Source of the DNA: Octopus sinensis
Lineage: Eukaryota
NCBI RefSeq assembly: GCF_006345805.1
Contig: NC_043004.1
Coordinates: 66,960,001-67,024,000 of the forward strand
Direction: 5' to 3'
Length of the DNA stretch: 64,000 nt
Below the pieces are notes generated by a model. The model saw only the letters and a program-made list of their open reading frames with translations, was not told the origin of the DNA and ran no database searches. This document shows, in pieces, positions 52,746 through 64,000 of this stretch (positions are counted from its first letter, which is position 1; each line of letters opens with the position of its first letter). Made by a program: the position numbers and the translations under genes.

Positions 52746-54774
52746 TATTTCATAAAATTTGTCATCATAGACAGTACAAAGAGTGTGTAGCTTTGCGGGC
52801 TGGACAAACACATTAATGAATGAAAATGAAATAGAATGAATAAATGAGAGACGAAACCCAACACCCGCCGATTGGAGTTTTCTCGAAAGCATATTTTCTT
52901 TTTTAAAAAATCAATATGAGGTTTCAAACTTCTTACAAGAAGGAGGCACTAAAACCTCTTACTTAACGTGTGCTTTTGGGTTTTTTTAAACACACAATTG
53001 AGGTTATAAACCACTACAAATAATACAATAAGATGAGGTTTCAAACCATATAACGAGGGTCTTTCACCTCCTACTCTTCGATATATCCATCGATATATTC
53101 ATCATTATCTTCAATGCCGCTTGAGTTCCTGTATCCCGCCATTTCCCATGCCTCATTCATGTAGAACGTGTAAGTCGTGTAAGGGCCACCCGGCCATATG
53201 CGACACTCCTCCCCAAATCCTTTAAGCCTTTCCCACAAGGGAAACCTTATGACCTCCACAGCTATCTGCGGAGGCCATTCGGGATCCCGTGTGAAGGGCA
53301 TATCTACTGTCTCTTTATGTTCTTCTACTATTTTTTCCACCTCCCCGCCCTTATAGAAAAAAGATAATTAATTGGGCATCTTTAAGGGTGGGGGTGTTTT
53401 CTTCCACCGTGGGTGGTACAACTTCGGGGCATGCAGACGGCACATCATCTCCCCGCTGAGACGACCTGTTCTTCTTCCTTTTTTTTCTTTTCTTCCTGAC
53501 TTCGGGAGAGTGGAGCACTTCCGCTTTGTCCGGAGACTCTCCCCCGCCTCCCGAAGCCTTAGGTTCCTTTTTAATCCTTTTTGAGTTGAGGAGGCTGAAG
53601 CATCCTCGACCACATCCACCTCTCCCTTTGAACGGGTAGGGGAGGTGGAATCTAGTGACTGTTCCAGGACCTTACCATGGTCCTTGGGGCAGTTCCTTTT
53701 AATGTGGCCGGGTTGCAGGCACGAGTGACACTTGGGGGGACGTCCCTCAAGTATCACCGGATACCTGAGGCCAGCCATTTTCAAGAAATCTGGAAAAACC
53801 AGATCTGTTGCGGCCGATGGGGTCCACAGGGTCAAAATCGCTTTTGATCCTTCCCAATCGACCGCCGGCAATACCCTTACATTTAAGAGCCTGTGGCCGC
53901 CATCCCCCAGTCTCTGTCGGATGGTATCTTCAATTCAATCCGCTTCGGTGCCTGGTGGTAACCTACATACCCAGACTCGTATTAATTTTCTCCCACAATA
54001 TGACGGAAGGAACAGCATTTCCTTGCCTTCTAAAGGCTGACTCGCAAATTAGCGAGCCTTTTCCCCGTTGTCAAGCAGCAACCATACGGTTGCATGCTTG
54101 ACACCACGAGATATATATTTTAAAGAGGATAAATATTCTTTAAGTTCATTTTTTATGACATGTTTTGGGAAGACGGTGATGGAATTAAAAACTTCAGAAT
54201 AAGTTCTAAGTATCATCGTCTCCTCCTCCATATCTTTTAACCACTGCTTATGCGGGTTGATTTCCCACTCTACGACAGAGTTTTTTTTTTTAAGTTCCTT
54301 CTCTGCCATTTCAAAAAACAGTTCAGAAGTAGTTCAAAAGAGAGTCTGCAAAAAAATTACACCGAATAAAAAATAAAACAAAATAAAAGAGGAGAGGGGG
54401 AAACTGAAATTAAAGTAATGAAAAGAATGAACCAAAATTTAGAAAGAAAGAAAAATAGGAGGGAAAAGTAAAAGAAAAACCTCACAAATAGCACAGACAG
54501 GGAATCCTTTGTATAATACTCCAAAAAAGTAATCCAAATGGCTTTTTCTTATTTTTCTGGTGAGATACGCCCACTAGAATTTACAAGAAGAATTTTCAAG
54601 CAAAAATTCTCAATTCACCGTTACAGTGATGAGAACCCAGTATTTGGCTCGCTATAGCGAGTCATAATTGACAATATTTCTTTTTGTTGTTTTTTTCTAT
54701 TCACGGAGCCGAAACTCACATCTTCTCACTGTAACAGTCAAGACCAACAAGTGTTGCATTCTGGGTAACCGTAA
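52746..54774 (-). mobile_element. ORF1-only (zinc-knuckle) non-autonomous L1/Tx1-like retroelement, copy 1 (about 2.0 kb)
   Basis: 5' UTR about 465 nt, ORF1 from ATG 54309, 3' UTR ending atgaaata; no EN or RT sequence; bounded by the 15-nt target repeat. Confidence 0.75.
53071..54309 (-). pseudogene. ORF1p/Gag-like protein with CCHC zinc knuckle (copy 1; frameshifts and stop)
   Basis: MAEKELKKK..ILRTYSEVFNSITVFPK..YISRGVK; ..LPSYCGRKLIRVWVCRLPPG; GRPPKCHSCLQPGHIKRNCP (CX2CX4HX4C at 53689-53730); basic low-complexity tail, then an acidic ORF at 53071-53340. Confidence 0.7.
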
Positions 54775-54789
54775 GTAAGCAAGCTACTT

Positions 54790-56462
54790 TATTTCATAAA
54801 ATTTGTCATATAGACAGTACAAAGATTGTGTAGCTTTGAGGGCTGGACAAACACATTAATGAATGAAAATGAAATGAAATGAATAAATGAGAGACGAAAC
54901 CCAACACCCGCCGATCGGATTGTTCTCGAAAATATATTTTCTTTTTTTAAAAATCAATATGAGGTTTCAAAACTCTTAGAATTGTTGTAAATATATGTGC
55001 TGCCCTTGTGGCAAATTAAATTAAATAAAGTAGCTTGTAAGATGTTTTAGTCCCACTTGCGGCTCCGTCGGCGGCCCAGGAACAACCGCCGACCGTCCTA
55101 TGCTCCACTTTTTCCTCTCTCTTTTTGATGCTGCGGGAGCAGGGGGCTGCGTCGACAGACGCAGGGGCGTCGTTACCCTCCTCCGCCGCCTGTACATTCT
55201 TTGGTGAGCAACCATTGTTGATCACCTTCCTTTTTCTTTTCGTGGAGGAAGTTGCCTCCACGACTTCCACCATCTCCCTCTCCAATGAATGGGCGGCGGG
55301 CATTTCCTCTTTTTCATGCTGCAGGGCCTTACCACGGCCATCGGTACAGTTCTTACTGATATGGCCAGGCTCCAGGCACAGGTGACATTGGGGGGGCGTC
55401 CCTTAAGTATCACCGGGTACCTGTATCCGGCCATTTTTAGGAAGTCTGGGAATGTCATATCTCCCACGGCCACCGGGGTCCACAGGGTCAAAGTTGACTT
55501 TGACCCCTCCCAGTCGACCGCGGGAGTAATCTTTACACTCAATAGCCTGGGCCCGGATGGTCTCCTCGATCCACCCGCTTCCGTGCCCGGGGGCAACCCG
55601 CATACTCAGGCACTTCTTATCTTCCTTCCGCAATAAGTGGAGAGGAACAAAATTTCATCTCCCTCAGGGGGCTCGCTAGCAATTCTGCTAGCTTCCTCGG
55701 GTGTACCAAAGAGCACACACACCGATGCAAATTTGGTCCCCCGTGAAATAAATTTTATAGTTGGCAGGTAGTCTGCCAACCCTCTCTCTATTACGCTCTT
55801 GTCGAAGAGGGCGATGGCACCACACGGCCTAGAATAGGTTCGTAGTACCACACTCCTCTTCTCAAGATCTTTAATCCACTGTTTGGGAGGGAGAACCTCC
55901 TACTCCAAGGCAGTGGCTTCATTCTTCCTTACCATGTGTAAAAAGTTCAAACAAAGTTCACACTAGATTTAGAAATGAAGAAAGATACAAAAAAGAAAGA
56001 AGACACAACAGAAGGGAAGAAAAAATAAAATAACAGTTCAATAAAGTTTTTGTTCCAAACCAAATGATAGACATGAAGAAGAGTTCAAATGATAACAAAG
56101 AAAACAATTTTCGGCCGAAAGGTACTCCTTTCCACAGAAATTTTCAAAAAACAATTTCTCACAATTATGTGAGAGAACACACACGTCTCCACCGCAAGGC
56201 AGACAAAAAGCTCCGAATCCAGTAAGGACTCTTTGCTAGTACAAAAAGATAAACCTACAAGCAACAAATCCTACTGGACTCAAGGAGCAAAAGGTCTTAC
56301 CTTACAGTAGAGCGTCTTTTAATTCTCGTCCGCTGCACACCAGCGTGACGACTTCAACAGGTGCGTGAAGAACACTTTTTGTTATTTTTTCTTTTTAGGA
56401 TGGAGCTCAAATTTCACGTCCTCACTGCTCACTGGCAAGAAGTCGACTAGACGCGCATGAGC
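54790..56462 (-). mobile_element. ORF1-only non-autonomous L1/Tx1-like retroelement, copy 2 (about 1.7 kb)
   Basis: Homologous ORF1 from ATG 55935; last about 185 nt nearly identical to copy 1; no RT. Confidence 0.75.
55016..55935 (-). pseudogene. ORF1p/Gag-like protein with CCHC zinc knuckle (copy 2; frameshifts and stops)
   Basis: KQWIKDLEKRSVVLRTYS..KFISRGTKFASV..LSTYCGRK; PAVDWEGSKSTLTLWTP..FPDFLKMAGYRYPVILKGRPP; CHLCLEPGHISKNC at 55346-55387 after a 1-nt frameshift. Confidence 0.7.
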
Positions 56463-56500
56463 GGAAGCAACTACTTACCACACAGCCACTCCTACGCCTA
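56463..56500 (-). mobile_element. SINE family B, 5' head (A-box half) of the split copy
   Basis: Reverse complement taggcgtaggagtggctgtgtggtaagtagttgcttcc matches the SINE-B 5' end seen at 4120-4158. Confidence 0.85.
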
Positions 56501-57000
56501 TATTATATCATGTAATATATTTTAGATGGAGTGATGAAGTTAAAAACGTGTTCGTGTTGTGTAGTTAATCGCAAAGAATCACGAAGATATGTTTGTTTTG
56601 GTACGTTGTTCGAGACGAGCAAAACACAACATAATTTTGGCATTGTCAATAGTGCTTCTGTAGTTGTGATCCTATGTAGGAGGGAAAAGTTTCTTGAGGT
56701 ATACCAAGATTGCAAAATCAGTGAGTATAGAAGCGTAGAATTGTTAAACTTTTAGAGTGAATGTAACTTTACTTGTTCTGTCTATGCTCTGAATTCAAAT
56801 ACCAACAAACACAAATTTATTTTCCATTATAACCGGAACGATAAAAGATAATTGATCCGTTTGATCAGTGCCAGTGTTGGACCCCCTATTCACTATAATG
56901 GCCTGAAATTCCCAGTACCTAGAGGTTGTGTGTATATACATACATATAGATGTGTATGTGTGTTTTAGACATATGTGTACAGGCACACACATACACTCCA

Positions 57001-57043
<43 letters not shown>

Positions 57044-57050
<7 letters not shown>

Positions 57051-57821
57051 TCAATATAGGGTGCCAAAAAATTTTGTAGAATTTTTTTGCCACCAGCGGC
57101 CTAGTGGGAAAAAATTAAATAGTCATAGACCATTTTTAAGTTCAACATCAACAATCAAGGAACGGCCATAATAGGCCATTCACCCACTAGAAATAACAGC
57201 CAAAGCTTCAACCGCAATAAAAATCAATTCCGTAAACCAGGAGAAAATTTAAAAACATTTACCCTGTAATTTCTTATACGATGCACCGTTTCATCTGCTG
57301 TTTAATGGTAAACTAACCTGATTAAATTAAATCAAGCCAATCTTCCATAGGCCTCAGATTCTTCAGTAAGAAATAGCCAAGTCGGAACAGATATTTTCAC
57401 GAGGCATTTCCGACCCTGCCAAGGCAATATCTGACCTAAAATTTTCAAATCATCGCACTCGCGCCAAATTTATCGGCAGCAAATAAATATAAGCCGTCGA
57501 TTCCATTACGGAATTAACCAGAAAATTCATAATTAATCAATATAGGGTGGCAAAAAATTTTGTAGAATTTTTTTGCCACCAGCGGCCTAGTGGGAAAAAA
57601 TTAAATAGTCATAGACCATTTTTAAGTTCAACATCAACAATCAAGGAACGGCCATAATAGGCATTCACCCACTAGAAATAACAGCCAAAGCTTCAACCGC
57701 AAATAAAAATCAATTCCGTAAACCAATTCTGGTTTACGGAATTGATTTTTATTTGCGGTTGGAAGCTTGGCTGTTATTTCTAGTGGGTGAATGGCCTATT
57801 ATGGCCGTTCCTTGATTGTTG

Positions 57822-57862
<41 letters not shown>

Positions 57863-58590
57863 TTATGCATATATGTATGTATGTATGTATGTATGTATAT
57901 GTATATATCGTATTTCGTTTCTGGCCCGCTGATTTAGAGTGGATCAGAAGCAATCCCCAAACCTTAAGGCCCTTAAAGTTTTGTGACTTTCTCGGTGTCA
58001 CCATCAGATAAAGGTATGGTTAGAATGATGTGTTATACTCCCGTTTCGAAATAGACGGCTAAAATCTCAAGTTCTTGTTTTATTTTGCTCTTTACAGGGC
58101 ATCTATAATTCTTCTTAATTTATTTTTATGACATTGTGTTTGAACCGTGAATGAATGAATATCTGACGAAAACAGCTTATAATTCTCTGGCGGATGTAAT
58201 ATCTGACCTAAAATTTTCAAATCATCGCACTCGCGCCAAATTTATCGGCAGCAAATAAATATAAGCCGTCGATTCCATTACGGAATTAACCAGAAAATTC
58301 ATAATTAATCAATATAGGGTGGCAAAAAATTTTGTAGAATTTTTTTGCCACCAGCGGCCTAGTGGGAAAAAATTAATAGTCATAGACCATTTTTAAGTTC
58401 AACATCAACAATCAAGGAACGGCCATAATAGGCCATTCACCCACTAGAAATAACAGCCAAAGCTTCAACCGCAATAAAATCAATTCCGTAAACCAATTCC
58501 TGGTTTACGGAATTGATTTTTATTTGCGGTTAAGCTTTGCTGTTATTTCTAGTGGGTGAATGGCCTATTATGGCCGTTCCTTGATTGTTG

Positions 58591-58631
<41 letters not shown>

Positions 58632-59748
58632 TTATGCATATATGTATGTATGTATGTATGTATGTATATGTATATATCGTATTTCGTTTCTGGCCCGCTG
58701 ATTTAGAGTGGATCAGAAGCAATCCCCAAACCTTAAGGCCCTTAAGTTTTGTGACTTTCTCGGTGTCCCACCATCAGATAAGGTATGGTTAAATGATGTG
58801 TTATACTCCCGTTTCGAAATAGACGGCTAAAATCTCAAGTTCTTGTTATTTTGCTCTTTACTACAGGGCATCTATAATTCTTCTTAATTTATTTTTATGA
58901 CATGTGTTTTGAACCGTGAATGAATGATATTCTGACGAAAACGCTTATAATTCTCTGGCGGATGTAATATCTGACCTAAAATTTTTAAATCATCGCACTC
59001 GCGCCAAATTTATCGGCAGCAAATAAAATATAGCCGTCGATTCCATTACGGAATTAACCAGAAAATTCATAATTAATCAATATAGGGTGGCAAAAAATTT
59101 TGTAGAATTTTTTTGCCACCAGCGGGTCCTAGTGGGAAAAAATTAAATAGTCATAGACCAATTTTTAGTTCAACATCAACAATCAAGGAACGGCCATAAT
59201 AGGCCATTCACCCACTAGAAATAACAGCAGCCAAAGCTTCAACCGCAAATAAAAATCAATTCCGTAAACCAATTCCTGGTTTACGGAATTGATTTTTATT
59301 TGCGGTTGAAGCTTTGGCTGTTATTTCTAGTGGGTGAATGGCCTATTATGGCCGTTCCTTGATTGTTGATATATTATATATATATATATATATATAATAT
59401 ATATATGTATATTTATGCATATATGTATGTATGTATGTATGTATGTATAATGTATATCGTATTTCGTTTCTGGCCCGCTGATTTAGAGTGGATCAGAAGC
59501 AATCCCCAAACCTTAAGGCCCTTAAAGTTTTGTGACTTTCTCGTTGTCACCATCAGATAAAGGTATGGTTAGAATGATTGTTATACTCCCGTTTCGAAAT
59601 AGACGGCTAAAAATCTCACGTTCTTGTTTTATTTTGCTCTTTACAGGGCATCTATAATTCTTCTTAATTTATTTTTATGACATTGTGTTTGAACCGTGAA
59701 TGAATGAATATCTGACGAAAACAGCTTATAATTCTCTGGCGGATGTAA
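57044..59748. repeat. Complex tandem array: about 486-bp unit, then three units of about 770 bp each containing a long hairpin and a TA/TATG run
   Basis: Unit starts aatatctgacctaaaatttt at 57426, 58198 and 58966; taattaatcaatatagggtg at 57044, 57530, about 58302 and about 59070. Confidence 0.9.
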
Positions 59749-61164
59749 CAGTTTGACTCGTAAATTTTACAATTACATTCAATTGTGACTCCTGTTCATT
59801 AGTTTGTGCTAATGTGGAAGTTTTCCATTCACACTGAATGTAACATGGTCTAACCACGAGATTTTGAGTAGCGTAGCACCTGCTTTGCTTTATGAGATTT
59901 ATACATCCATTAGGTACTTGATTAATGTTATGTTGTTTGTGATTTTTGTTTCATTGGTGCGGATGGGTTTGCACACGTACTGTTCTAAGACCTGCAAGGC
60001 TTTGTTATTCAACGACATTAACGGTTAAAATTTCCTTATTTAGGCTTCTTTTATATTTTGCTAAATTAAAAGTTCGATTAAGAAGTAATTTGAATTCCGA
60101 CATTTTGTACATGCAGGAAACTCCGTTCACCACTTTTGATATTTTTGCTGTTTATAAAGTGTCATTTCCTATTGCTGTACAAATGTTTAAGAGAATGATC
60201 AAAATATATCTTTAATTTATGCTAGAATCATGTATGGACGTAAATATGAAATCCTCACAATTTTTACTCACAGACTAAATGCTGTTTTCTCGTGAGTATA
60301 TTCTGCCAAATAATTAGATCGAGAAAATCAAATCAGGAATACGTTGAATCATACGGATGTACCATCCGGGACTAAATTAAGCAGAACATTTGCCTTCCCG
60401 ATGTTGAAACTCAAGCACACAAGAAAATAGTATCCATACTTGCAAATTTGTATTATACATAACTAGATATACAAAGAAATGTACAATGACTGTATTATGT
60501 ATCTTAATATGTATACAAAGCTGAATGTGAGAAAGTTATGTGAAAAGGATGGGAACAAGCATTAACGTATTGCCTCCTTTTAAAATTCATTTGCGACGTA
60601 AAGACAATTATCAGGGATTATCGTTGCGTGTTTATATGGACATATGCGTATATGTGTGACAAAGACAGACATCGTAAATGGCAAAGACTGAGTCTGCTGT
60701 TTATCACATGATATCTCTTCTTTCGATTATATTGCGCCACTTAATATGTCTCGTATCTTCAATGAATCTAAGACTTCGGAAACATTGTTTTTCTCACTTT
60801 ATTTTCCATTTCACTATGTACACTTATATAGATACATAGATATGTAAATTTCAAACGTATAAAATTGAATTTCTCTGTCTGTCTGCCTGTCTCTCGCTCT
60901 TTCTTTCTCTCTCTCCATCTTTCTCCCGCTCTCTATCTCTCTGTCACTTCCTCTCCTTTTCTAATTTTATGTATGTATGTATGTATGCAGGTTGTTCACA
61001 ATTCCATATAGTCAACTACACTTTTCACAAATTTTTAACTTATATACTTGACTTAGATAAGAGCCAGAGGCAGGGTCCCGGTTACTGAAAGCTGAACGCG
61101 TCGTTCACGGCACGCCAGGCTTACAGGGACCGGATTACCACATTGCTAATAAAGCAAGTTAACT

Positions 61165-61180
61165 ATCTATCTATTTATCG

Positions 61181-61255
<75 letters not shown>

Positions 61256-61320
61256 AATCTATCTATCTATCTATCTATCTGTCTGTCTGTCTGTCTCTCT
61301 GTCTTTCTGTCTGTCTGTCT
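61165..61320. repeat. (TCTA)n/(TCTG)n microsatellite
   Basis: Direct. Confidence 0.95.
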
Positions 61321-61593
61321 GTCTACATAATACATACGTATCAATGTATCTCTCTATCAATGTTTTTGCATATGTGTGTTTCGGGATGTCTTAGCGTGTG
61401 TGTTTATGTAAGAGATGGGTGTACGTGGATAAGTAGCTAAAATTACTGACTTATAAACGTCGTAATCTAGAATCTCAAGTGAACATGTACATGTGAATGT
61501 GTGTGTGTGTGTGTAGATACACAGATAAATAGTTCTACAAGCCATCTAGCTGTCTCTGTCTCCCCAGGTTAATGACTGGAATAGTTAAAAGAT

Positions 61594-61684
<91 letters not shown>

Positions 61685-61733
61685 ATATATATATATGAGA
61701 GATTCACATACGTAATGTATTATACACACACAC

Positions 61734-61764
<31 letters not shown>

Positions 61765-61979
61765 TATGGCTGCTGGATTTTGTAAAGTCTGAATGTGTGT
61801 GCCCGTCTGTGTTGCAGTTATCAATATGTGAGTATGTTAATTTAATTTCTTAATTCAGTTGTCAATACTGTCGATCAATTCATAAGTAATATTGACCCAG
61901 TAAATTTGTTATTGGAATGGTGACTCCAACTTACACACATACACACATACATATACACACGCACACACACACACACTCG

Positions 61980-62010
<31 letters not shown>

Positions 62011-62254
62011 GCAAATATATATATAGACACACGCGAACACATATGTATATCTATGTACAGGTCTATACATTTATCTATATAAACATGAAAACACACATAT
62101 ATACTTAAATGTTTACGATGAAAATTATTTTGTATGTTATGACTTAGTGAATGGCTTTTTTGTCGATATGTGTAATATGTATACATGGTTGCATATATAT
62201 ATATATGCATAGTTATGAACGTATATGTGTGAGTATGTCTGTGAGTGTGTGTAC

Positions 62255-62296
<42 letters not shown>

Positions 62297-62393
62297 AATA
62301 AATACATACATGTATATATATATGTATATGTATATGTTTGTACGTATACATATACATTTATACACACCATACAAATATATATACATATATATA

Positions 62394-62546
<153 letters not shown>

Positions 62547-62650
62547 TATATACATACATATATATATGCACATCCATATATACGTATGTAAGTGGGTAGA
62601 TTGAAGTGTGACGTTCCTAAATGAGGAGGAGTGAGAAAGAGATTCAAACG

Positions 62651-62693
<43 letters not shown>

Positions 62694-63363
62694 CGAGAGA
62701 CAGCGAGTGAGAGAGATAAACAAAAAATGTGAGGCATCCCAAAAGGCAATTTGTGTCAATATGTCCTTTTAACCCTCTAACTTATATTATTTCAAAAAGA
62801 ATTATCTATTTGTTCGTTTGTCATGTTTGAATAATACATTACAATTACTCCGTTTTCGAAACAATCGACGTTATATATTTGGTTGCGTATGGCAGACCAA
62901 TAACTTTTCATTTCTACTTCATTTTTGCCTCGTTCTATGTTAATGTTTTCCCTTATTTAATATTGTTGTTGCATATTTTTGTTCTCTATGTTAGTGCCCT
63001 CTCTCGCTCCCTGCTTCTTTCTCTGTCTCTTCATATATTTACCCACATATATATGTACATACATACATAATATATCCATATATCTACGTGTGTGTATATT
63101 GTATATGCGAATATGTGAATATATGATTATATATTTGTGTGTGTCTGTGCATGTGAGTAAGCTTGAGTTTGCGCACTCGGGATGCTGTATCTAAGTATAT
63201 TTGTGTGTACGTATGGAATAATTTTCCTCTTGTTTTACCTTTTTTCGCCCTCTTATTTTCAATCAAGAAATGGAAATTTCATGTAAGTGGATGTTATTTT
63301 GGGTCGAAGTCAACAAAACAGTTAATTTCCTATCTTCATTCCCCAATATACATACATATATAT

Positions 63364-63464
<101 letters not shown>

Positions 63465-64000
63465 TCATACATACACACATACATGCATAAATACAAAGAC
63501 ACATACATCTGAATGCCCACACACGTATGAGTACATATATGTATGTATATGTATGTATGCAGGCATAGATATATATATGCATACCTGTATACATGCATAC
63601 ATACCCACATAAAGACACATAAACATACATACAATCATACATATGTATGCATGCATGCAAGTGTATTTGCTCATTGCACCCATATTGCAACCTAATTTAT
63701 TCTAGTATAATTCTCATAAATATATCACTTTTTGCCCTCTTCTCTTGTGTGTGGAAATCTATATATATATGTATGTATGTGTGTATGTATGTATGTATGT
63801 ATGTATATATATGTATGTATGTATGTTGCGTGCTTTTGGTTTTACATATTGTCATTACTCGAATTTGTAAGTATGTGTGGCTGTGTATGTGTGTGTGTGT
63901 TAAGGTATGAGGAAATGGAACGCAAGAACTGCAGTTACTATATTCTTTGTGTTAACATTTTTTTTCAAGATCAACAATAGACATTAGTAGTAAAGGGCAC

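Noticed and set aside
52746-54972. LTR retrotransposon reading (185-bp direct repeats flanking a gag-like ORF)
   Set aside because: No TG..CA ends, PBS or PPT. A second homologous ORF follows the second repeat with no third repeat. The target 15-mer sits at each 3' junction and at the far 5' end, which fits two tandem non-LTR insertions.
57044-59748. CRISPR-like or viral/plasmid repeat array
   Set aside because: Units are about 770 bp with no unique spacers; no cas or viral ORFs; eukaryotic context.

Overview
64 kb of very AT-rich, microsatellite-saturated eukaryotic non-coding DNA. The SINE and LINE families look like those of octopus (inference from remembered repeat consensus motifs, not from a search). 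No intact gene, rRNA, true tRNA gene or CRISPR array is supportable, and most ORF-track entries are translations of (TA)n, (CA)n, (GATA)n or (ATT)n repeats. The window is a transposon graveyard: about 20 copies or fragments of four tRNA-derived SINE families (called A-D here), three CR1/L2-type LINE 3' remnants, two RLE-type LINE remnants, a Tx1/L1 3' half, mariner, Tc1-like and pogo/Tigger relics, a MITE, Helitron-like pieces, Penelope-type hammerhead-like mini-repeats, a roughly 770-bp x3 tandem array with long hairpins, and a few weak candidate host exons. The most interesting structure is at 52451-56500. Two related but divergent ORF1-only (zinc-knuckle) retroelements with no RT sit head-to-tail at exactly the same 15-nt site inside the tRNA-derived head of one SINE-B copy. 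The 15-mer is present three times, once at each junction. This suggests a non-autonomous, sequence-specific, Tx1-like system that targets SINE heads. The window also shows a Tx1 element inserted in a GATA/GACA microsatellite with a target duplication, and two SINE/LINE 3'-tail partnerships (SINE-B with the CR1/L2-type LINE, SINE-C with Tx1).
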